From Candidatus Korobacteraceae bacterium (GTDB lineage: Bacteria > Acidobacteriota > Terriglobia > Terriglobales > Acidobacteriaceae), in NCBI GenBank assembly GCA_050015355.1, contig JBEKBO010000017.1, positions 359 through 64,358 on the forward strand: a DNA stretch of 64,000 nucleotides. The letters run 5' to 3'. Under the pieces are notes generated by a model. The model was not told the origin of the DNA and searched no databases. It saw only the letters and a list, made by a program, of their open reading frames with translations. Both the position numbers and the translations under genes were made by a program. Below, piece after piece: positions 27,940 through 36,341 of this stretch (positions are counted from its first letter, which is position 1; every line of letters starts with the position of its first letter).

Positions 27940-30900
27940 TCAGAACTGAATGTCGAACTGCTCCTGGTGAAGCGGGGCGTCGCTCTTAACCAGAATCGGA
28001 CGACGGACGAGTTCCTCCATCTCGGTCAGCCACCTGCCATTGTTTGACTTCAGCTCTTTCGCCACCTCGGGATTGACCCTCAGGGTGATGTCGGCGGCCT
28101 GGATGTGCGGACGAATCTTACGCATCTCCGAGTAGATTTCATTGCACACCGTGCTGACCGACTTGACGAACCCCGTGGCCGCGCAGTACGGACAGGGCGA
28201 ACCCAGCGTGCGCTCCAGCGACTGCTTGACCCGCTTGCGCGTGATCGCCACCAGTCCGAAATCATTGAACTGCAGAACCTTGGAGGGTGCGCGGTCAGAC
28301 TCGAGCGCCACTTCCAGCGTCTGCATGACTTTCTGCCGGTTCTTGCGCTCGTCCATGTCGATGAAGTCGATGACGATGATGCCGCCGAGATCACGCAGCC
28401 GGATCTGCCGCACGATTTCCTTGATGGCATCGCAGTTCGTCTTGACAATCGTGTCTTCCAGGCGAGCCGTTTTGCCGACATACTTGCCGGTGTTGATGTC
28501 AATGGCGACCAGCGCTTCGGTCTGGTTGATGACGATGTAGCCGCCACTCTTGAGCCAGACCTTCGACTTCAACGACTTGTTGATTTCTTCCTGGATGCCG
28601 AACTGCTCGAACAGCGGAGTGGGCTTGGTGTAAAGCTTAATGCGCCGCACCAGGTTCGGTTGGAAGCGCGAGGCGAAGCGCACGACTCGTTCGTATTCCT
28701 GCTCGGTGTCGACCCAAATCAGCGAAAAGTTCTCCGTAACCTGATCGCGCAGAATGCGCTCGACCAGGTTCAGATCGTGATAAATCAGCGCCGGAGACTT
28801 GCTGTTGTCGGCGCGGCTGCGGATCTCGTTCCACAGGTGCTTCAGGAAGCGGATGTCGGCGCGCAGCTCGTCTTCCTTGATGCCGGCGGCCGCGGTACGG
28901 ACGATGAATCCGCCGTGGCCGTTTTCGCGCTCGCTGGTCACAATGCGCTTCAGGCGCTGGCGCTCGTCGTCAGAGCTGATCTTACGCGACACGCCAACAT
29001 GGTTCACCGTCGGCATGTAGACCAGGAATCGGCCCGGCAGTGCAATGTGGCTGGTGATGCGGGCGCCCTTCTTGCCGATGGGTTCCTTGGCGATCTGAAT
29101 CAGAACCTCTTGTCCTTCCTTGAGCAGGTCGCTGATCAGCGGCACCTGGCGCGGAGCATCACGGCGTCCGCGCATGGGCGGTCGTCCACGGCGTCCACGG
29201 CGGTCGCGCCCGCCACGGTCGGGATACGCGCGCTCGCTGCGCTGCTGGTAGCCGGCGGTCGCCCCCGGCGCGCGCAGCTCGGCTCGCCCACCGTCGCTCA
29301 ATTCCCGAGGTCGATCGGAATCCTCGTCTTCTTCCTCGTCGGCCAACTCGGGCTCGGCCAGAATTTCCGATTCCTCGAACTCATCGGCGTCTTCCGGATC
29401 GAAGTCGTACTCGGATTCGTCCAGCGCATGCTCCTCGCCGGTTTCGCGAACGGTCTGTCCGAGCAAGTCGCCGTTGGCAGTTTCAGCCAGGCGATCGAAC
29501 ACCTGTTCTTCCATCTCCTGATGGCCTTCGGTGTTGAAGCTTTCGGCGTAGGAAGGCATGTCTGTCTCTTCCTCGTCGAGTTCTTCGTGTACCACCGGAC
29601 CGCCCTCAGGCGAATAACTGCCGGCCTGGGGAGTTGCGGCGTGTTCGTCGCGCGCGGAACCCTGAGGCTCGGCCGGTTGAGCCTCCTGAATTGTCAACGG
29701 CGTCGGTAAGTACTCCCCATCTCCAGCCGGAGTTACCAGTGGTTCGTCGGCGGCGCGAGATGTCCATTGCTTTTTCTGATCAGCCTCCGCCTTGACCTCT
29801 TCACGTTCCGGCCTTGGCACTATAACCGGAGCCGCATCGTCATGGGGCTCGCCGACAGCGCGTGTGGCTTCGTATTCAGTATGGTTAGGCGCGATTACCG
29901 GCGCGCTCGACTTCTCATCCATAACGCGATCCACCGGCGCGGTGGGCTGGCGATAAGGCAGCAGTTCTGCCTCAAAGATCCCAGCGTCAGCGACAGTGTC
30001 CGGCGCAGCTTCGGAAACAGCGGCCGTATTTGCGGGGGCAACGTCAGGCGTAGCGGTCGTCGTCACGGGCACCGTCCGTCCGCCCGCTTCCGGCTCGGGA
30101 GCGCTGGCCGGTTCGGTGGCGGCGCTGTCCGTGTCAAAGTGCCTGGCCTCAGCCGGCGTCACCTCGGCGTGCGTCGCGGGGCCGGATTCCGGCTTACGGT
30201 ACTTGGAGATCGACTCTCCGGGCAGAACAATGGGCGTGTAATTTTCCGGCAGGGAATACTCTTCCCGCGGTTCACGTTCGCGGTCGCGTTCACGACCACG
30301 GTCACGGTCACGGCCGCGATCACGGCCGCGCTCGCGATCTCCGCGTCCGCGTCCGCGGAAGTCGTCGCGGTGCGATGGGAACTCCTGACGCGGCTCCGGC
30401 GGCCGTTCACTCCCTTCCCGTGGCCCGGCGTCTGCGCCGCGGCTGTAGCGGGCGATGGACTCGCCAGGCAGCACTATCGGCGCGTAGTCGGCAGGCATGC
30501 CCTGGTAGTTCACCGGCTCTTTGTCGACGGCGGTAGCCTCCGGCATCAACTGTTCTTGCTGAACGGCGGCAGGAATCTCCGGCTCGACTTCTTCGGGTGC
30601 GGCAGATGGGTGCGGCTCGCCGGGAGCCGCCTCCGCCGACGAACCTGCGGGCTGCGATTCGGGCCCGCGCTCGCGACCTCCGCGGCGTCCGCGGCGTCTC
30701 CGGCGGCCCCGCCAGCGGTGCGCTCCTTCCACATCCTGGGGTTCCGCGCCCGCGCTTTCGGTTTCAGCCGCCTCGGCGGGCTCATCGGCCTCGTCAGCGA
30801 ACTCTTCTTCCTCGGTCTCCTCCGGTTCCGGCCCGGCAGGCGCGGCCTCGGCGGAGGACTGCTTCACTTCGGCGAATACCGGTCGGATCGGCACTTCGCC

Positions 30901-31155
30901 AAACTCCTCCTCGTCCTCCTCACCTGCGAAATCGAGGAAGTCGGAGACATAGAGAAAAGCGTCGCGTTCCAGGCCAACATCGACGAAAGCCGATTGCATG
31001 CCGGGAAGCACGCGCGTGACGCGTCCTTTGTAGATCGAGCCCGCGAGGGTGTACTCATTTTCACGTTCGAAGTACACCTCGGCGAGCTGGTCGTCTTCGA
31101 CCAACGCAACTTTGGTTTCGTGGGGGGTTGAAGAAACGTACAATTCCTTGTTCAT
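27940..31155 (-). CDS. rne: ribonuclease E/G family endoribonuclease with a very large internal low-complexity insertion
   Basis: N-terminal S1 start (GSIYKGRVTRVLPGMQSAFVDVGLERDAFLYVSDF). After about 600 disordered residues comes LKEGQEVLIQIAKEPIGKKGARITSHIALPGRFLVYMP, then a DNase I-like core (AIDINTGKYVG, IIVIDFIDM) and a CPYCAATG zinc link. Confidence 0.9.
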   Translation of the reverse strand: MNKELYVSSTPHETKVALVEDDQLAEVYFERENEYTLAGSIYKGRVTRVLPGMQSAFVDVGLERDAFLYVSDFLDFAGEEDEEEFGEVPIRPVFAEVKQSSAEAAPAGPEPEETEEEEFADEADEPAEAAETESAGAEPQDVEGAHRWRGRRRRRGRRGGRERGPESQPAGSSAEAAPGEPHPSAAPEEVEPEIPAAVQQEQLMPEATAVDKEPVNYQGMPADYAPIVLPGESIARYSRGADAGPREGSERPPEPRQEFPSHRDDFRGRGRGDRERGRDRGRDRDRGRERDREREPREEYSLPENYTPIVLPGESISKYRKPESGPATHAEVTPAEARHFDTDSAATEPASAPEPEAGGRTVPVTTTATPDVAPANTAAVSEAAPDTVADAGIFEAELLPYRQPTAPVDRVMDEKSSAPVIAPNHTEYEATRAVGEPHDDAAPVIVPRPEREEVKAEADQKKQWTSRAADEPLVTPAGDGEYLPTPLTIQEAQPAEPQGSARDEHAATPQAGSYSPEGGPVVHEELDEEETDMPSYAESFNTEGHQEMEEQVFDRLAETANGDLLGQTVRETGEEHALDESEYDFDPEDADEFEESEILAEPELADEEEDEDSDRPRELSDGGRAELRAPGATAGYQQRSERAYPDRGGRDRRGRRGRPPMRGRRDAPRQVPLISDLLKEGQEVLIQIAKEPIGKKGARITSHIALPGRFLVYMPTVNHVGVSRKISSDDERQRLKRIVTSERENGHGGFIVRTAAAGIKEDELRADIRFLKHLWNEIRSRADNSKSPALIYHDLNLVERILRDQVTENFSLIWVDTEQEYERVVRFASRFQPNLVRRIKLYTKPTPLFEQFGIQEEINKSLKSKVWLKSGGYIVINQTEALVAIDINTGKYVGKTARLEDTIVKTNCDAIKEIVRQIRLRDLGGIIVIDFIDMDERKNRQKVMQTLEVALESDRAPSKVLQFNDFGLVAITRKRVKQSLERTLGSPCPYCAATGFVKSVSTVCNEIYSEMRKIRPHIQAADITLRVNPEVAKELKSNNGRWLTEMEELVRRPILVKSDAPLHQEQFDIQF

Positions 31156-31751
31156 GGTTGCTCCGGGCTCGCGGAACCGGCATGGACTCGAGATCCCGGC
31201 AAATGCAATGCAGTTGCCCGGGTGCTCACGGCCCGCGTCGAGTTAGCGAGCGTCACCGGAAGTGGAATAGGCAGGTCAGTCTTGAAGTTCGGTGGACCGC
31301 TCCGTCACGCCTAAGTGCTACGGCGTGGTGATGGAGAAGGGCCGGGGACCACACGGGTGAAGCTGTGTGGAGATTCCGCCAACACGCTTGCTCCCCAATT
31401 CGTCGGAACATCCGCTTCCGCCGGCGATGCCGGCCACAGACTCCGATGAAGTGAGCAAGTATTCATGTCAGCCGAAATTGCATCAATCTTCTGCACCGAA
31501 ACACTACGTCGCGCCTTCAGGGTTTGTGGCCACACGCTCATTGGCAAAGCCGTATGGCCATGCCAAACAAGGGGCCGTTACCCGCCCCGGGCAACGTTCC
31601 TTCAATCCTGTCGGCCCTTTTCCTCTGGCCGGCGAGTGCCCTTCTTGCGAAGAGCGGTAAAAATCTTGACCTTTAATGTTAGTCGGGGCCGGGCTCAGGT
31701 CCTGAGCACCGCCGCCGAAATTCTTAGGCCGCTTTGCCTTCAGCAAGCATG

Positions 31752-32846
31752 CTAATTCACGAAACGGCGCATGCGGACGTTCATCACGATTCCGAGCGCC
31801 AAGAATGTAAATAGCACCGACGAGCCACCATAGCTCATCAACGGCAGCGGAATGCCGGTCACAGGCATAAAGCCGACCACCATTCCTACATTGACCAGCA
31901 CATGAAACGTAAGAACCGCCACAACGCCCATCACGATGAACGTTCCAGCACGATCAGGCGCAGTTTGAGCGTTGCTGATCAAACGCATCAACATCAGGAA
32001 GTATAACAGTAAGACGAAGGTCGCGCCGACGAAACCGTGCTCTTCCGCCCAGGCGGCAAAGATAAAGTCGGTGTGGGGCACCGGCAGGAACTGCCCCTGG
32101 GTTTGCGTGCCCTTGGTCGCTCCCTTGCCCCAGAGCCCGCCGGAGCCGACCGCAACCAGCGACTGGTTCACCTGGTATCCGGAGCCTCTGGCATCCGCCT
32201 CCGGATCCATGAAGCTCGTCAAACGGACCTTCTGGTAGGGCTTTAGCCCGTAATGCCAGACGGCAGGCATCAGGATGCCGGCAATCAGCAGCAGAATCAG
32301 GGCATGCTTGGCCCGCATCCCGCCCAGAAACAACCCCATGATAGCTACCGGGACGTAGGTGAGCGCGGTGCCCAGATCGGGCTGCTTCAGAACCAGCAGC
32401 ATCGGAACCCCGACGATCATGCCCGCCTTCACCAGCTCGCGAAACGGCAATTCACGTTCGTTGTAGTCGGCAAAATACTTGGCGATGGCAAGTATCAGGA
32501 TCAGCTTGACCCACTCCGAGGGCTGAAAATGCGCTCCCCCGGGCATCAATATCCAGCGCCGCGCGCCCAGGTACTTGCGCCCGAAGACAAGCACCGCTAC
32601 CAGCGACACGATGGCAATCCCATACATCCACGGTACATTTTCAAGCAGCACCTGGTAGTTCACCATGCTGAGGATCACCATCAGGACCAGTCCGGCGGAT
32701 ATCCAGTAGATCTGCCTGACGTGCATTCCCTGAAATTTCGTGTTCAGGGTTGCGCTGTAAATTTCGAGCACGCCGAGCGCGCAGATGAGAACCACGATCA
32801 GCAGCAGCACCCAATCGAAATCGCGGAAGCGGATATAGCGTCTCAT
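31752..32846 (-). CDS. rodA: rod shape-determining protein RodA (SEDS family)
   Basis: FtsW/RodA/SpoVE pattern (QPSEWVKL..., DLGTAL, HTDFIFA, GIPLPLMSYGGSS). The ATG at 32846 overlaps the mrdA stop (ATGA). Confidence 0.9.
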   Translation of the reverse strand: MRRYIRFRDFDWVLLLIVVLICALGVLEIYSATLNTKFQGMHVRQIYWISAGLVLMVILSMVNYQVLLENVPWMYGIAIVSLVAVLVFGRKYLGARRWILMPGGAHFQPSEWVKLILILAIAKYFADYNERELPFRELVKAGMIVGVPMLLVLKQPDLGTALTYVPVAIMGLFLGGMRAKHALILLLIAGILMPAVWHYGLKPYQKVRLTSFMDPEADARGSGYQVNQSLVAVGSGGLWGKGATKGTQTQGQFLPVPHTDFIFAAWAEEHGFVGATFVLLLYFLMLMRLISNAQTAPDRAGTFIVMGVVAVLTFHVLVNVGMVVGFMPVTGIPLPLMSYGGSSVLFTFLALGIVMNVRMRRFVN

Positions 32847-35002
32847 CGCGGGGAGCCGCTCCTGGCAGGAGATTCGATAATGGCAAGGACGCCGGGGACA
32901 TAGTCCCATGGTCGCCGTGCATTCTCCGCAAAAGCCTCCATGCCGGGCGCCGCCACCGCCGGGTGGAACTTTGTCCCCTCGGCAATGTGGAAGCGCGCGC
33001 CGCGCAACTCGTCCGCCGTGCCGCCCCACATGCCTGTCATCTCAGCCGGTTTCGGCTTAGCGGTTGTCTCCGGAACGTGCTTGGTTGGTCCGGGCTTGGC
33101 CGTCTCAGCTCCACTAGATTCGGGAGTGGTGGCAGGTTTCGATGCGGGTTTCTGTTCGTTTCCCGTGGCCGCGGCCACGTTCACCTGCTGGGCGCGCTTC
33201 TTTTCCACGTAAGCCTTGACGACCTGAGCGGCAATACGCGCCGCCAGGTACCCATGCTCACCGCCTTCGACCAGAATGACAACCACGATCTCGGGATTGC
33301 GACGCGGGGTGACGCCCACAAACCAGCCGTTATCCTTGAAAGCCGATTTGTTGGACACCTTGGCCTTCATCGCGTTGGAAATCGTTTGCGCCGATCCGGT
33401 TTTGCCGGCGAAGTCGATGCCGTTCAGATGCGCGCTGGGCGCCGTGCCGCCAGGGTTTACCACTTCGGCCAGGGCATCGGTGATCATGTTCCAACCCTCG
33501 CTGTCGATGGGAATCCGCTTCTCTTCGGTGTAGTTCACCATTTGCAGGTATTGCGGCGGCAACTGCTCGGGAAAGGCCACATGCGGCCGGCGCAAAGACC
33601 CATCCGAAGTGATGGCGCCGACGGCGCGCATCAGTTGCACGGGAGTGGTCGCTACCGCGCCCTGGCCAATGCCGACCGAGATGGTTTCGCCCGCGAACCA
33701 CTTCTGCTTGTAATTCTTGATCTTCCACTCTTCGCTGGGCATGACGCCGCTGATTTCCTGCGGCAGATCGATGCCGGTTTTCTGGCCGAGTCCAAACATG
33801 GTTGCGTACTTGGCGATGCGCCCGATGCCAAGCCGTTCCGCTAGAGTATAGAAATAAGTGTCGCAGGACTGATAAATGGCCTTGAAAAGCGTAACCGAGC
33901 CGTGCCCGCTCTTCACCCAGCATTTAAAGAAACGCCCGTAGAACGTGCCACCGCCGCCACAATGGATGTGCAGGGTCTGCGAAATGCCCTCCTGCCACCC
34001 GGCAACCGACATGATGACCTTGAAAACAGAACCCGGGGCGAGTTGCGCCTGGATGGCTTTGTTCAGCAGAGGCTTGGCCGGGTCCGTCAGCAGGTCGTTC
34101 CATTCCTTGCGCGAGATGCGGACGGCGAAGGCGTTGGGATCAAACGCCGGACGGCTCACCATCGCCAGCACTTCTCCGCTGCGGGGATCCATCGCCACGA
34201 CCGCGCCGTTCTTGACTCCTAACGCCTCTTCAGCGGCGATCTGGAGATCGATATCGATGGTCAGCTTGAGTTGCTTGCCGGGAACGGCTTGCTTGTCGCT
34301 GAGTTCGCCTACTTCCTTGCCGCGACTGTTGACCAGCACACGCCGCGAACCGTTCTGACCCATGAGGATGTCGTTGTAGTACTTCTCGACCCCAGACTGC
34401 CCGACAATATCCCCCACGCTATTGAACTGGAACTGAGACTGGTTCAGCATCTCATCGCTGACTTCGCCGACGTAGCCGATCAGGTGGGCGGCGAAGCCGT
34501 TTTTCGGGTAGAGCCTGCGGTGGACGGTGATGGTGTCGAGTTCAGGATACTCGTTGCGGTGCGACTCGATAAACGCCAATTCGTCGGGCGTAACGTCGTA
34601 TTTCAGAAAGATGGGAGTGAAGCCTGGCATTGCCGCAACCCGCTTCAGGCGCTGGCGCAGCTCCGCCGGATCAAGATGCAAGCCGGCGGCGATGCCGTCG
34701 AGATCGGCGTCGAGATTCGTCTGCCTTTGATCGCGCAGCAGCAGCGCCGAAAACGACGGATAGTTGTCGACAATGATGCGGCCTTCACGATCGAGAATCT
34801 TGCCGCGCGGCGCCAAAATGGGGACTTCGCGGACGCGGTTCATCTGCGCCTGCTGGTCATACTTTTCCTGGTGAATGATCTGCAAGCGCCAGAGCCCAAA
34901 AGCGAGCAGAATGAAGATCGCCAGGATTCCGTACTGGACACCAGTGAGCCGAATTTGGGGAACTTTTTCTTCGCGCCCGAACATCGATTGTAACTGCCTC
35001 AA
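32843..35002 (-). CDS. mrdA: penicillin-binding protein 2 (elongasome transpeptidase) with a roughly 113-aa C-terminal extension
   Basis: PGSVFK (SxxK), SCD (SxN-type) and KTGSAQ (KTG) motifs, with an N-terminal TM anchor. Confidence 0.9.
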   Translation of the reverse strand: MRQLQSMFGREEKVPQIRLTGVQYGILAIFILLAFGLWRLQIIHQEKYDQQAQMNRVREVPILAPRGKILDREGRIIVDNYPSFSALLLRDQRQTNLDADLDGIAAGLHLDPAELRQRLKRVAAMPGFTPIFLKYDVTPDELAFIESHRNEYPELDTITVHRRLYPKNGFAAHLIGYVGEVSDEMLNQSQFQFNSVGDIVGQSGVEKYYNDILMGQNGSRRVLVNSRGKEVGELSDKQAVPGKQLKLTIDIDLQIAAEEALGVKNGAVVAMDPRSGEVLAMVSRPAFDPNAFAVRISRKEWNDLLTDPAKPLLNKAIQAQLAPGSVFKVIMSVAGWQEGISQTLHIHCGGGGTFYGRFFKCWVKSGHGSVTLFKAIYQSCDTYFYTLAERLGIGRIAKYATMFGLGQKTGIDLPQEISGVMPSEEWKIKNYKQKWFAGETISVGIGQGAVATTPVQLMRAVGAITSDGSLRRPHVAFPEQLPPQYLQMVNYTEEKRIPIDSEGWNMITDALAEVVNPGGTAPSAHLNGIDFAGKTGSAQTISNAMKAKVSNKSAFKDNGWFVGVTPRRNPEIVVVILVEGGEHGYLAARIAAQVVKAYVEKKRAQQVNVAAATGNEQKPASKPATTPESSGAETAKPGPTKHVPETTAKPKPAEMTGMWGGTADELRGARFHIAEGTKFHPAVAAPGMEAFAENARRPWDYVPGVLAIIESPARSGSPR

Positions 35003-35197
35003 TCTTAAAACCGCGAATTCATGGAACCAATGGAACGTTCCACCTAATTCTACCCCGATTGTGCCTACGGCAATGCCTCGAAGGTACTACGGCGGACAAG
35101 GAAAGACACTTGAATGGCCGCATTCGTCAGCCATGCTCCGTGCAAGCCAATCCAGGGCCCGAAGCCGATTCGGAGTGCACCGTAGTCTCTTTGACGC

Positions 35198-36226
35198 TTA
35201 CGATCCAACGAACCTGGCGTATAGGCTGCGGGCGACTCCCGTGTCGGTCGTGCCCTTTATGATGGCCCGCCCATCGGGAAAGAGCGTCAGCTCGTAGGGG
35301 TCGCGCCAGAACTTGAGCACGAACTCGTTATGGCGCACCGTACCGTGTGGCAGCAGCAGTTGCTCCATCTCGCTGAAGTCGATTGGCCGATGGCGCTCGT
35401 GGATTTGCACGGAATTGCGGCCACACATGGTGATGTGCGGCCTGGCTTCGCCGGAGAGGTGGATAAAATCTTCTTCGTCACAGGCGCGGCAACCGGGGCG
35501 CGGATGATCGGCAACGATCTCGGTACGATCGTTATTCCATACGTCCAGCGAGAGCAGGCTGCGCCGCAGCTTGTCGCGGGCGCCCACCAGAAACTTCAAC
35601 GTTTCGGTGACGGTGATCGACGCCAGGGCATTCACCGCCGAATTCAGAATGCCCGATGTGTCGCAGGTCTCCACCACGCCGCGCGGCGAATCCGGAAAGA
35701 TGCAGGCAAGGCACGCCGTCTCCTGCGGTAGCACGTTCATGGTGAGTCCGTAGCTGCCAACCGCCGCCGTATAGATCCAGGGCCGCTTGAATTTCACCGC
35801 GAAATCATTGATCAGATAGCGGGTTTCGAAGTTGTCGGTCCCGTCCAGGATGATGTCCGCTCCGTTCAGCAACTCCTCGGCGTTGGCCGGAATCAAGTCC
35901 TCGACCCGGGCATCGACCTCGATTTCGGAGTTGAAGCTATGGATTTTGCGGGCGGCGGCCACAGCCTTGGGCAAAGATTCCGCGGCATCGGCCTCGTCGA
36001 ACAGCACCTGCCGCTGTAAGTTGCTGGATTCTATGTAGTCACGGTCGATGATCCGCAGATAGCCTACCCCGGCGCGCGCCAGCAGGGAACTGAGGGCCGA
36101 TCCGGTGGCGCCGCACCCGACAATGACGGCCCGCCCCTGGCCCAGCTTCTTCTGGCCTTCAGCGCCGATGCCGCGAAACAGAATCTGCCGCGAATAACGA
36201 TCCTCGAATTTCGTTTGTGATTTCAT
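35198..36226 (-). CDS. ThiF/MoeB-family adenylyltransferase (E1-like)
   Basis: Start at the ATG at 36226 (MKSQTKFEDRYSRQILF). GCGATGSALSSLLARAGVG nucleotide fold, and CLAC...CRAC cysteine pairs. The C-terminal tail resembles the Bacillus-type ThiF/MoeB extension. Confidence 0.85.
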   Translation of the reverse strand: MKSQTKFEDRYSRQILFRGIGAEGQKKLGQGRAVIVGCGATGSALSSLLARAGVGYLRIIDRDYIESSNLQRQVLFDEADAAESLPKAVAAARKIHSFNSEIEVDARVEDLIPANAEELLNGADIILDGTDNFETRYLINDFAVKFKRPWIYTAAVGSYGLTMNVLPQETACLACIFPDSPRGVVETCDTSGILNSAVNALASITVTETLKFLVGARDKLRRSLLSLDVWNNDRTEIVADHPRPGCRACDEEDFIHLSGEARPHITMCGRNSVQIHERHRPIDFSEMEQLLLPHGTVRHNEFVLKFWRDPYELTLFPDGRAIIKGTTDTGVARSLYARFVGS

Positions 36227-36341
36227 GATTTTAGCCGGAAACCATTTATTATAAGTGAGCTGACACGCATAGTCAGGGCCTTGAGGGATAGATGTCTGGC
36301 ACCGGGAATGAGAGTTTCTGCTGCGAGCAGAATCACTGCTC

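Noticed and set aside
28105-31131. Long + strand ORFs (28105..29709, 534 aa; 29767..31131, 454 aa) antisense to rne.
   Set aside because: These are shadow ORFs of a GC-rich gene. Their translations are Arg/Gly/Leu/Val-rich low-complexity sequence without motifs, while the minus-strand frame has unambiguous RNase E motifs.
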